From the IMG/VR virus record IMGVR_UViG_3300042321_002027: 64,000 nt of DNA; one strand, written 5' to 3'. The notes beneath the pieces are model-generated. The model made no database searches. It saw nothing but the letters and a program-made list of their open reading frames with translations, and had not been told where the DNA came from. Position numbers and translations under genes: made by a program. How positions within the stretch are numbered: position 1 is the first letter of the stretch; every line of letters starts with the position of its first letter. Positions 47,748 to 56,375 of the stretch are shown here, piece by piece. The stretch is from a virus.

Positions 47748-47791
47748 GCAGTCTCCTTCCCTTTCTTGGAGAAAGTTTCGAGGAAACAATT

Positions 47792-48229
47792 ATGGAACTT
47801 ATCGGCGTCGGCTATCAAGATTATCGCAAAAAGCACAGCGATATTAAAAATGAAAAGAAGGGAATGGAACGATACTTGATCTATTTTGGTAGAGCACATG
47901 TTATCGACCATGAAACGAATACTGCTGCACGTGGTCCGTTAAAAATTGGTAGGGGTAAGTGGGCTACTGCTCTAATGCGAGGTCGTAATCAACCCGGAAT
48001 AGATTTTCGTATTTACGCTGAAATTATTCTTGGCACTAATGAACAAACGTATTTGGCTGAAGAAATCGTAAAAGATGTTCTTGGTCATAAGAACATCCCT
48101 ATGTCACAAGGACAACAGGAACTTTATGATATTAAGGATTCGGAGTTGAAGAAAGTGGTCAATACTATTGTTGAAGTAATTAGGGCTGAAACTGAATTTG
48201 AACCACTTGAAATTAACTATTTCCTTTAA
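47792..48229 (+). CDS. Hypothetical protein, possible GIY-YIG/T5orf172-like
   Basis: YLIYFG...PLKIGRG...R...Q...E. Confidence 0.5.
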   Translation: MELIGVGYQDYRKKHSDIKNEKKGMERYLIYFGRAHVIDHETNTAARGPLKIGRGKWATALMRGRNQPGIDFRIYAEIILGTNEQTYLAEEIVKDVLGHKNIPMSQGQQELYDIKDSELKKVVNTIVEVIRAETEFEPLEINYFL

Positions 48230-48274
48230 TTAAAAAGTATAGTAATATTACTGTATAGTTTGAAAGGAACCACT

Positions 48275-49402
48275 ATGGCTCGTCGTCCATCTCTCATTCC
48301 CAAGACTAAGAAGAAGGTTCGTTCCACCAAGACCGAATCTTATCTTGTCAATCAGAAGTATCTGGGCGACGAACCTATCTTTGCGAAAGGCAAGGACACA
48401 AGTATCTCTCGCGCATTTAATTGGTATAATGTGATGTGTGATGTGAACGATGCGCGAGAGTACACTGTAGAATATTTTAAGAACATCGGTAATACAGAAA
48501 TGGTTAAGGTCGCTAAGGCGATCCCTGACAAACTGTTCCCGATGACGAGCGCATGGGTGTTTCGCATGCTCGCGCGAGGGGCGCAGTTTGATGATGAATT
48601 TATTTCGCGTGCTGTTGATCGTTTGCGCGCTATCAAGTCTAACGGTGAAAACACTGTTGATGATATTGCTGAAAGCAAACCCTCCAATGTAATTAACATT
48701 CAAGATCGTATTCGCGACAAGGCTTCTGATCTTATTGGTGATGTTGAAGAACTGCTAGACAAGGGCGAAGAATTTTCTCTCTATGACTGGCTCAGGTCGA
48801 ATGAGATTCCTGCTACTTATGCACCTCGCATTGCTGCGTATTATGCGCCAGTGCTTGCCGAGCTCATTGAAGCTGCTGAAGGGAAAGATCCGCAGCTGAA
48901 AGAAGGCTACAAGCATTACACCAAGAAGCAGCTTGAAGCTCGCGTTCTGTTCTTCAACAACCTGATTGAAGATGCAGAACGTTACACTGATATAACCAAG
49001 AAAACTCGTAAGCCCCGTAAGCCTCGTACGATTTCGGTAGAAAAGAAGTTGAAGCATTTCAAGTATCAAAAGGAAGACAGCAACTATAAGATTGCTTCTG
49101 TAAACCCTGAAAAAATTATTGGATCTCAGGAGCTTTGGACCTTTAATACTAAGTACAAGACTCTTACGGTATTTCGTGCTATTGATCGTGGTGGTTTGCA
49201 AGTTAAAGGAACCAGCATTGTAAATTATGATGATAACAACTCTGTTACAAAGCGCACAGGCAGAAAGCCTGAGTACTATGTTGATCGAGTTTTGAATGGA
49301 GGTAAGGTGATTCTCAGGAAGTTGATGGACGAACTGAAGAATGATGCTCCTTTGTCTTACCGTATTAACGAAAACACTATTATCCTAAAGGTAGTATCAT
49401 GA
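48275..49402 (+). CDS. Conserved T4-like hypothetical protein
   Basis: Y.GDEP, AFNWYN, DPQLKEGY, LWTFNTKYK, RINENTIILK. Confidence 0.8.
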   Translation: MARRPSLIPKTKKKVRSTKTESYLVNQKYLGDEPIFAKGKDTSISRAFNWYNVMCDVNDAREYTVEYFKNIGNTEMVKVAKAIPDKLFPMTSAWVFRMLARGAQFDDEFISRAVDRLRAIKSNGENTVDDIAESKPSNVINIQDRIRDKASDLIGDVEELLDKGEEFSLYDWLRSNEIPATYAPRIAAYYAPVLAELIEAAEGKDPQLKEGYKHYTKKQLEARVLFFNNLIEDAERYTDITKKTRKPRKPRTISVEKKLKHFKYQKEDSNYKIASVNPEKIIGSQELWTFNTKYKTLTVFRAIDRGGLQVKGTSIVNYDDNNSVTKRTGRKPEYYVDRVLNGGKVILRKLMDELKNDAPLSYRINENTIILKVVS

Positions 49403-49692
49403 AGAAATTTTTAATCACTGCAGTTGCTCTTGCTACATTGGTAGTTTCCACCACACCCTCAATGGCAGACAACTCTGAAGAAGTAGCCATCGGCATTCTT
49501 GGTGGAGTTGTAGGCGGACTTATCCTTGGTGAGGTTTTAGAAAAACCTCGTCACTCTCACCCTGTTCGTGTATACGAATATGAAGAACCTTACATGGTTC
49601 GCGAGTGTGTAACTAAATATAGACGTTATTACGATTCAATGGGTAATCTTGTGCGACGTCCTGTGAAAAGATGTTATTGGGTTTATGAATAA
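49399..49692 (+). CDS. Secreted glycine-zipper protein resembling rhizobial small exported proteins
   Basis: Signal peptide, GILGGVVGGLILG, C-terminal Cys pair. Confidence 0.65.
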   Translation: MKKFLITAVALATLVVSTTPSMADNSEEVAIGILGGVVGGLILGEVLEKPRHSHPVRVYEYEEPYMVRECVTKYRRYYDSMGNLVRRPVKRCYWVYE

Positions 49693-49710
49693 ATAAAAAA
49701 AGGATTAGTT

Positions 49711-50358
49711 ATGGACAGAGGTGTTTTTAGATCGATCGTTACTCCATATAGTATGACAACAGCGCCAAGAATTAATGCATTGTTCCAAAGTATGGAATAT
49801 ATCAGAAAAAATAATTTCAGCGGCGACTATGTTGAGTGTGGTGTGTGGCGAGGTGGTAATATATTGGGAATGATGAGGTATCTTGAATACCATAACAACA
49901 CTGAACCTAATATTTGGTTGTATGATACATTTTCCGGAATGACTCCTCCTGAAAGCGTTGACGTTGATTTTATGAATAACAAGGCTTCTGATATTCTAGA
50001 AAATGTTCTTTGTATGAATTCATTAGATGAAGTTAAACAGGCATTGACGAACAGCAATTATCCAACTGATAAGATTAAGTATGTCATTGGTGACATTTGC
50101 GAAACTCTCTTAGTTAAGGAGAACGTTCCTGAAAAGATCGCATTGCTGAGGTTAGATACAGATTGGTATAATTCTACAAAGGTTGAATTGGAAGTTTTGT
50201 GGGATAAACTTGAAGTTGGTGCACCTTGCATCATTGACGATTATGGACATTGGCAAGGTTGTAGAATGGCAGTTGATGAATTTTTCGCGAAGCTGCCACA
50301 GGCTCATGAATTTGAACAAATAGATTACACTTGTGTTAGAACACACAAGATTTGTTAA
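49711..50358 (+). CDS. TylF/MycF-family O-methyltransferase
   Basis: GDYVECGVWRGG, LYDTFSGM, LLRLDTDWYNST, IIDDYGHWQG. Confidence 0.9.
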   Translation: MDRGVFRSIVTPYSMTTAPRINALFQSMEYIRKNNFSGDYVECGVWRGGNILGMMRYLEYHNNTEPNIWLYDTFSGMTPPESVDVDFMNNKASDILENVLCMNSLDEVKQALTNSNYPTDKIKYVIGDICETLLVKENVPEKIALLRLDTDWYNSTKVELEVLWDKLEVGAPCIIDDYGHWQGCRMAVDEFFAKLPQAHEFEQIDYTCVRTHKIC

Positions 50359-50410
50359 GGAATTATCGTTGAAGGAAAACGAAAGACACTGAGGACGCCG
50401 AGCGTTACTA

Positions 50411-50563
50411 ATGAAGTTGATCAAATTAGAAGAGTTTATTATAGCTGATACCGGAGTAAAGGTCACGATTCTTGTTGACATTGCTACAATGGGTAAAGCA
50501 TACGCTGAGGCTCATCTGAAATGGCCAAAGATATTATCGTTGAAGGAATACGAAAAACACTGA
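50411..50563 (+). CDS. Possible 50-aa ORF ending inside the tmRNA acceptor piece
   Basis: MKLIKLEEFIIADTGVKVTILVDIATMGKAYAEAHLKWPKILSLKEYEKH; no clear RBS. Confidence 0.35.
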   Translation: MKLIKLEEFIIADTGVKVTILVDIATMGKAYAEAHLKWPKILSLKEYEKH

Positions 50564-50833
50564 GGACTGGGGGGCAGTACCCCACGCCTCCACCAAAGAC
50601 ACACTACCTAATAATAGCGGCGTACCCGTGGGGTTATTAGGAGTCTTGCAAGCTGGTGTGTCTTTGATGGGGGCGAACTAGGATCGACTGAGTGTAGAAT
50701 AGTTGACTGGAGATAATCGTAGGCGACTACGTACAAGCGCAAAACTCTAAATGCAAACGATAACTTTGCACCTCGTTTGGCACTAGCTGCCTAACATGAG
50801 TCCGGTGGGTACTTGGAAACAGAAACCCACCAC
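50533..50833 (+). ncRNA. ssrA: Two-piece (circularly permuted) tmRNA
   Basis: Acceptor piece ends TGGGG-GGCAGTA-CCCCA-CGCCTCC-ACCA (50595); intervening stem; coding piece starts GGGGGCG (50669) giving G3.U70; tag ANDNFAPRLALAA* at 50753-50794. Confidence 0.92.
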
Positions 50834-50842
50834 CAATTTCGC

Positions 50843-50871
50843 TTGACATTAAATCGGTGTCAGGGTACAAT
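50843..50871 (+). promoter_or_regulatory. Early-type promoter for the tRNA-like gene
   Basis: TTGACA-ttaaatcggtgtcaggg-TACAAT. Confidence 0.75.
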
Positions 50872-50880
50872 GAATAATAA

Positions 50881-50963
50881 GGCCACGTAACCGAGGACGG
50901 CTTCTACCCGTTTACACGTAACTGGAGTTGCAAATGGGGGTTCGAATCCCTCCGTGGTCGCCA
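50881..50963 (+). tRNA. Atypical tRNA, anticodon UCU, no D stem, long variable arm
   Basis: GGCCACG/CGTGGTC-G-CCA; GACGG-CTTCTAC-CCGTT; GGGGG-TTCGAAT-CCCTC. Confidence 0.7.
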
Positions 50964-50985
50964 TTTATAATGCAGGAGAAAAGTA

Positions 50986-51255
50986 GTGAGCGGAACTAAG
51001 ACTAAGACCAAGTACGTTTCTAAGGGCGAGCGTCGCTCTATTTCTAAGGACACATCCAAGGCAGTCAAACGCGATCGTACACCTGTTGAGCGTTGGACAA
51101 TCAAGCAGAAGGCTTGGTTGAAGGGATTGAATCCTTGGATCAGTGTTCCTAACGGTAATACCTCAGACACTCGTGCGCGCTTTGTGCGTGTGCGTGCAGA
51201 GACCGAATGGGGTGACCCGAACAAGGGATATATCGCTGGTCCTCAGAAGGACTAA
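50986..51255 (+). CDS. Basic hypothetical protein
   Basis: YVSKGERRS...AWLKGLNPWISVPN...RF motif; GGAG RBS. Confidence 0.75.
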   Translation: MSGTKTKTKYVSKGERRSISKDTSKAVKRDRTPVERWTIKQKAWLKGLNPWISVPNGNTSDTRARFVRVRAETEWGDPNKGYIAGPQKD

Positions 51256-51257
51256 TC

Positions 51258-51551
51258 ATGGAATCGGTGGTTGATAACAAAGCTTTGTTCTATAAATTTT
51301 TAGATTCGTATTTTACATCCGAATATGGTTGTGAATATGGCACACTGATCTCTAAACTTGAAAAAGAAGGAAAGCTGGAATTAGTTCCTGGAGATATTCA
51401 ATTCAACGATAAAAATGAACATTGGTGTGGAACGCTTTATTTAAAGATTGATGAATCAAAGATGAAGCTAGAAAACGTCATTAATGAATTAATTCATTAT
51501 CCAAACGAAATGCATTATGAAAATGGTGTTCTTCGTCTTTGGTGGGATTAA
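51258..51551 (+). CDS. Hypothetical protein
   Basis: Ends LRLWWD. Confidence 0.6.
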   Translation: MESVVDNKALFYKFLDSYFTSEYGCEYGTLISKLEKEGKLELVPGDIQFNDKNEHWCGTLYLKIDESKMKLENVINELIHYPNEMHYENGVLRLWWD

Positions 51552-51556
51552 AATAT

Positions 51557-51648
51557 GGGCGTGGGTGTTGGTACACAAGAGCGGCTTATACTCGCTTTAG
51601 CACTAGATCGGTGTTCTCGACAGGGTTCGAATCCTTGCACGCCTACCA
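51557..51648 (+). tRNA. Atypical tRNA, anticodon UAU, minimal D arm, long variable arm
   Basis: GGGCGTG/CACGCCT-A-CCA; GTGT-TGGT-ACAC; AGCGG-CTTATAC-TCGCT; CAGGG-TTCGAAT-CCTTG. Confidence 0.75.
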
Positions 51649-51666
51649 CTTCTTTGAAAGAGTAAA

Positions 51667-51876
51667 ATGAAAACGAAACTCGTTAGGGATATTCCTATTG
51701 GCGTTCTTTTAATTGTTCTTTCTTTATGGTGTGTGGCAACAATCCAATATCTTTCTGGATGGCCAAATATCATTCCTTTGCTTGGAATATTATTTCTTGC
51801 GAATTTCGGTTATCGCCTTTTGTCCGTTGGCCTGGACGTAATAATAGGTGTACAAATTGCAGATAAAAATGATTAA
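51667..51876 (+). CDS. Small two-TM membrane protein
   Basis: Two hydrophobic segments. Confidence 0.6.
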   Translation: MKTKLVRDIPIGVLLIVLSLWCVATIQYLSGWPNIIPLLGILFLANFGYRLLSVGLDVIIGVQIADKND

Positions 51877-52084
51877 AAATAACTTCGTGGAAGAAATTGA
51901 TATTTTATGCCGCGAAAAAAATATCGAGTATATTGATGCAATTGTCATGTGGTGTGAGAAAAATAATCTAGAAGTAGAAACTGCTGCTTATTGGGTTAAG
52001 AAGGATCAATGCATGAAAATGAAGATTCAAGCTGAAGCAGAAAATCTAAATATCCTTAAGAAAGGTGCAAGATTACCGATCTAA
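51869..52084 (+). CDS. gp33: T4 gp33-like late transcription coactivator
   Basis: YIDAIVMWCEKNNLEVE...KIQAEAENLNILK...LPI; synteny with gp59-gp32. Confidence 0.85.
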   Translation: MIKNNFVEEIDILCREKNIEYIDAIVMWCEKNNLEVETAAYWVKKDQCMKMKIQAEAENLNILKKGARLPI

Positions 52085-52106
52085 ATTTAATCATTGAGAG
52101 GCTCCC

Positions 52107-52547
52107 ATGCAAATACGTACAAAGGGAAAACCTGATAATGTGTCTAGATCGTTATGTAAAGAGTCTCTTCAGTTTTATGCGAATGAATTATTAGGTAAGA
52201 GACTTTCAAAAAATATCAGTTTACAATTGGTGTTTGAAAAATTACCAAGTCCTTATTTCGCAATTTGTGACTGGAATGACGATGGTCCAGTTCATCGAAA
52301 CTTCATTGTAATAATAAGCAAAACTCTAAAGAAAAGATCGATGTTGGTTACTCTCGCGCATGAGATGGTTCACATCAAGCAATATGCTAGAAAAGAGTTG
52401 CAAGACAATAAACATCGTGACAGTGTAAAGTGGCTTGGGAAAGTGTTTTGTTTAAACAAGACCAAGTACCACAAAAGACCTTGGGAAATAGAAGCTTATG
52501 CTAAAGATAAGCCATTATACGAAAAGTTCAAACAAAGAAATAAATGA
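52107..52547 (+). CDS. HExxH metalloprotease-like protein
   Basis: TLAHEMVHIKQY...PWEIEAY. Confidence 0.8.
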   Translation: MQIRTKGKPDNVSRSLCKESLQFYANELLGKRLSKNISLQLVFEKLPSPYFAICDWNDDGPVHRNFIVIISKTLKKRSMLVTLAHEMVHIKQYARKELQDNKHRDSVKWLGKVFCLNKTKYHKRPWEIEAYAKDKPLYEKFKQRNK

Positions 52548-53122
52548 TGTCAGCATTTGAATGTTACAAAGAGTATCTTGCGTTGAAAAATCATTTCTCG
52601 AAACAAGAATATGATTACTTCAAATATAACGGAAAGCTAAAGGTAAATCCTGATACTTTCAATTCTCGAAAAGATAAATTGTTTTTTCAAAAGCTTGCTA
52701 AACATCCGGATGTTCATAATTTTCTTGTAGCTAATCTTAGCAAAAACGAGAAAGCTTGGATTAAGGATTTGGCGTATAGCGAAGATGCTGAGAAAACATA
52801 CAAGGATTGGCTGAAGCGCAATCAGTCTTTAACATATGTGCTGAAAAACGAACTTCAGTATCTTGTCCCCGATTTTAATTTGAATTTTACGAGTCATGGT
52901 TCAGATCATCCTTGTCTTTTAAAATTATATTTGGGCGGATATGTAAGTTTAGAAACTCTTTGCATCCTTCTACACCTAACAAAGGCAAAGAAGCATTGGG
53001 ATTCTAAGATGGAGTATGATCTAGTCTATCAAGAAGTTAAGTTGAAGATTGAGAAATATACGCCATTTATTAAGTACGATAAAGAAAAAGTGAAAAATAT
53101 TGTCATTGACTTTTTTAGCTGA
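52544..53122 (+). CDS. gp59: T4 gp59-like helicase loader
   Basis: YLALKNHFS...YDYFKYNGK...RKDKLFFQKL...SLETL. Confidence 0.9.
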   Translation: MMSAFECYKEYLALKNHFSKQEYDYFKYNGKLKVNPDTFNSRKDKLFFQKLAKHPDVHNFLVANLSKNEKAWIKDLAYSEDAEKTYKDWLKRNQSLTYVLKNELQYLVPDFNLNFTSHGSDHPCLLKLYLGGYVSLETLCILLHLTKAKKHWDSKMEYDLVYQEVKLKIEKYTPFIKYDKEKVKNIVIDFFS

Positions 53123-53203
53123 TGGTAGTATACTAAATAATGTTGCGGCTGATAAAAGCCAATACGAAACATACATTGCAATACAAAACATACGGAGATA
53201 CAT

Positions 53204-54121
53204 ATGGTAGACTTTTCTAAGCTCAAGGCCAATTCTGGCAAGAAGTCCCTCGAAGACCTTAATAAGAAGCTGTCAAGCTTGGCTGGTAATGAGGGCAAGG
53301 GTGCTGACGATCGTTTCTGGTCAGCCACAGTAGACAAGGCTGGTAACGGCTATGCTGTCATCCGATTCCTCCCCGCTCCCCAAAACGAAGACGTTCCTTT
53401 CATTCGCATGTTCGACCATGGTTTCCAGGGTCCGGGCGGATGGTACATTGAAAACTCTTTGACAACTCTTGGTAAACCCGATCCTGTTTCGGAGTATAAT
53501 TCCAAGCTTTGGAATAGCGGCATTGAAGCCAACAAGGAAATCGCACGTAAGCAGAAGCGTCGCCTTCACTTCATTGCGAATATTTACATTGTCCAAGATT
53601 CGGGTAATCCCGACAATGAAGGTAAGGTTTTCCTCTTCAAGTTTGGCAAGAAGATTTTCGACAAGCTCAATGAAGCTATGAATCCTCAGTTTGCCGACGA
53701 GGAAGCTGTTAATCCTTTCGACCTTTGGGCTGGAGCTAACTTCAAGCTGAAGATTCGTAACGTCGAAGGTTATCGTAATTATGATAAGTCAGAGTTTGAC
53801 AAGGCTGGTCCTTTGAAGAATGATGACTCTGAGCTTGAAGCAATTTGGAAGAAGGAACATTCTCTACAAACTTTCCTTGATCCTAGCAACTTCAAGAGCT
53901 ATGATGAACTGAAGGCCAAGCTTATGAAGGCTCTGGCTGAAGATAACTCTCCCGCCTCTGCTCGCAAGAAGGCTGAAGATGAAGATCTTCCATGGGATGA
54001 AGATTCCGCACCTGCTCCTAAGCAGAAGGCAAAGGCTGCTCCTGAATTTAATAGTTCAGCAATTGAAGAAGATGATGACGAGTCATTGGAATTCTTTAAG
54101 AATTTAGCTAACAAGAAGTAA
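53204..54121 (+). CDS. gp32: T4 gp32-like ssDNA-binding protein
   Basis: DDRFW...GNGYAVIRFLP, WYIENSLTTLG, GANFKLKIR, acidic tail. Confidence 0.96.
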   Translation: MVDFSKLKANSGKKSLEDLNKKLSSLAGNEGKGADDRFWSATVDKAGNGYAVIRFLPAPQNEDVPFIRMFDHGFQGPGGWYIENSLTTLGKPDPVSEYNSKLWNSGIEANKEIARKQKRRLHFIANIYIVQDSGNPDNEGKVFLFKFGKKIFDKLNEAMNPQFADEEAVNPFDLWAGANFKLKIRNVEGYRNYDKSEFDKAGPLKNDDSELEAIWKKEHSLQTFLDPSNFKSYDELKAKLMKALAEDNSPASARKKAEDEDLPWDEDSAPAPKQKAKAAPEFNSSAIEEDDDESLEFFKNLANKK

Positions 54122-54126
54122 AATAT

Positions 54127-54152
54127 AAAGGGAGCTTCGGCTCCCTTTTTTT
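54127..54152. terminator. Bidirectional terminator between convergent genes
   Basis: AAAGGGAGC-ttcg-GCTCCCTTTTTTT. Confidence 0.85.
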
Positions 54153-56202
54153 ATGCCAGTACGCCACCTTTTAGATGCATTGAAGAATCGTTGTGTATTC
54201 TTCCCGCAAGTTGCTGATACCAAGATGGCGAAGAAGAATAGCCAGACAATGATGGATAACCCTGTCTGTCAAAACTTCCAGAAACTGGATACTGATTAGA
54301 AGGTAACTGTGGCTGTGTACTAACAGATTGTTGCTTAGAAGAGTAATCAATAGATTCTCTCATCATAGCAACGTCTTGTAGCACTTGTGAAGCTGCTGAA
54401 GAATCTTTTGTTATTAATGTTGCATCATCGCCTTCTGGATGCTCTTCATTATCAAAACTGAAAAACTCTTCATCATTATCTCTTCTTTTATCGTCGGTGT
54501 TTGCACCATATGGTCCTTTTTCACCTCCTGTAAAATCCATAGCTCCTGGAGGTTGAAAAATATTTTCAAAGAGATTTGTTGTTCCTGTTTTAGTTATATT
54601 ATCAGCAAATGCTTGACCGTGTTTCGCGCCAGCGCCCATGGGACCTAGCGTGATTAAATCGCTCAAAAATGGAAATCCTCCACTCATCATACCCATTGCG
54701 CTTAATAATCCTGAACCTATTCCAGCAAAAGGGGTTCCCGCCAAGTATTCGTTAGCAGAACTAAGCATGCTATCAATGCCTGGAATGCCAGTTATACCAC
54801 CAGAAGATGTCGCTCCGTCAGTGTATCCGCCTTCAGAAGTTAAATCGCTGTTATTGTATACTCCAGATGCTGCTGCTTTGATCCAAGGCGCACCGCCCCA
54901 AACTGCTTGCTTACCAAATCCAACGTGAATTGTGTCAGGTCCCATATAATTGTGTCCTGCACCAACGCCAGTAGCACCAGCAGCGACAGCAGCCGATACG
55001 AATTTGGCCATAATTTCCCTGTCGCTAGGATTGGTGTCAACAAGCAATTTTCCATTTTTGTATAATTTTAAATCAGCTGCATTACCATTGTCGTGTCTAG
55101 TAGAACCTGTTCTAGGACCGCCTGACCCAATTGGTGCTTGACCGCCTGAATGAACAACAGCTTCTACACCAGCAGCTGCAGCAGCTTGATCTAAAACACC
55201 TCTAAGCTTTGAGCTAAGTGGGAGTTTTCTTATACCAGCTAGCGATTCTTGATTTTCATATACACCAGCTGCTTTGCTTTCGCCCATGACGTCACTTGTT
55301 GAATGGTATGTCCCTGATGGAGCAGAGGCATCATCTTTTTCTTGAACAGATTGCATTGCAGTTCCAAGAAATTGTTGGTATCTACCATCAGTGTACGCTC
55401 CCCAAGGCTTAAAACTTCCACCTGCTTCGTCGAAAATGTCTTTTGCTATTTGGATATTAATTTTAGGATCAAATAATTCTTCATTTGAAGATAATCCATA
55501 TTTTTCCCTTCTTTCTACACCAAGAGCACCCTTCATGTTAACTTGCCACAATCCGTAGGAATTATCTCTTCCTTTCGTATTGTGCGCAATTGGATTTCCG
55601 CTAGATTCAGCAGATCCAATTGCTCCCATAATTACTGCTTGTTCTTCTGTAAAACCAGCTTCTTTAGCCAATTGTACTAACTGAGCTGTTTTTATTTCTC
55701 CCGAAGCTTCTTGTGTTCCTGGTTTAGCTCCACCACCAAATAATCCAGAGAATGTACCGAAATTACTTTCTAATCCAGCGCCAGCTGCAACTAATCCAGC
55801 ACCTAAAGCTGTTTTACCGATAATACTCGCAAGACCGCCTCCTCCTCCCCCTACTCCGCTACCACTACCACCCTCTGCTACATCTAACAGTTTATTGATG
55901 CTTGAAGAAAGATTTTTCAATTCATTTAACATGTTAGTTTGAATTGAAATAGATTCTTGTAATATTACGTTTGTTTGATCTATTTTGCTAGAGGTAGAAG
56001 CTGCGCTTTGTTCTAAACTGTTTAACGAGCCACTTATGTCGCTTTGTTGTTTCGACTGAGAAGTAAACATCTTAGAAATATCTCTAATGAACTTAGAGAT
56101 ACTATTGTTTTGTTGTGAAGCAGCCTGTCTAAATTGACTGTTCTCTTGACCAATCTTAGATACGCTGGAAGTTAAGTTTTTGATAAAATCTAATGCTGCC
56201 AT
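54151..56202 (-). CDS. Tape-measure/baseplate-hub-like protein with lytic transglycosylase and peptidase-like domains
   Basis: N-terminal coiled coil; AESSGNP...SYGLWQVN...PWGAY; SGGQ...STRHDNGNAAD...IHVG. Confidence 0.7.
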   Translation of the reverse strand: MAALDFIKNLTSSVSKIGQENSQFRQAASQQNNSISKFIRDISKMFTSQSKQQSDISGSLNSLEQSAASTSSKIDQTNVILQESISIQTNMLNELKNLSSSINKLLDVAEGGSGSGVGGGGGGLASIIGKTALGAGLVAAGAGLESNFGTFSGLFGGGAKPGTQEASGEIKTAQLVQLAKEAGFTEEQAVIMGAIGSAESSGNPIAHNTKGRDNSYGLWQVNMKGALGVERREKYGLSSNEELFDPKINIQIAKDIFDEAGGSFKPWGAYTDGRYQQFLGTAMQSVQEKDDASAPSGTYHSTSDVMGESKAAGVYENQESLAGIRKLPLSSKLRGVLDQAAAAAGVEAVVHSGGQAPIGSGGPRTGSTRHDNGNAADLKLYKNGKLLVDTNPSDREIMAKFVSAAVAAGATGVGAGHNYMGPDTIHVGFGKQAVWGGAPWIKAAASGVYNNSDLTSEGGYTDGATSSGGITGIPGIDSMLSSANEYLAGTPFAGIGSGLLSAMGMMSGGFPFLSDLITLGPMGAGAKHGQAFADNITKTGTTNLFENIFQPPGAMDFTGGEKGPYGANTDDKRRDNDEEFFSFDNEEHPEGDDATLITKDSSAASQVLQDVAMMRESIDYSSKQQSVSTQPQLPSNQYPVSGSFDRQGYPSLSGYSSSPSWYQQLAGRIHNDSSMHLKGGVLA

Positions 56203-56205
56203 TTT

Positions 56206-56346
56206 TTACGTTGCATTCTTCTTTTGTTTTTCTGCTTCTTCTAGATATTGCAATAACAAATTGACATAAACATCGCGCTCAAAGGGGATTAAATTTTCAA
56301 TTTCACTTATTGAATATTTATGGTGCTGAGCCAAAGAAAAAACCAT
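56206..56346 (-). CDS. gp51-like baseplate hub assembly protein (not in track)
   Basis: MVFSLAQHHKYSISEIENLIPFERDVYVNLLLQYLEE. Confidence 0.8.
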   Translation of the reverse strand: MVFSLAQHHKYSISEIENLIPFERDVYVNLLLQYLEEAEKQKKNAT

Positions 56347-56375
56347 CTTATAATAGCCTTTTAATGTGTTATGAC

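Noticed and set aside
35404-47789. Long antisense ORFs (35404-36264, 40084-40785, 42921-43733, 46746-47789)
   Set aside because: These are shadow frames of GC-rich, codon-biased plus-strand genes, with no RBS, promoter or recognisable motifs.
50881-50963. Amber suppressor (CUA) tRNA or genetic-code reassignment
   Set aside because: The stem register centres UCU, not CUA. Core genes translate intact with the standard code, and AGA encodes a conserved Arg (for example HVRS in gp2).
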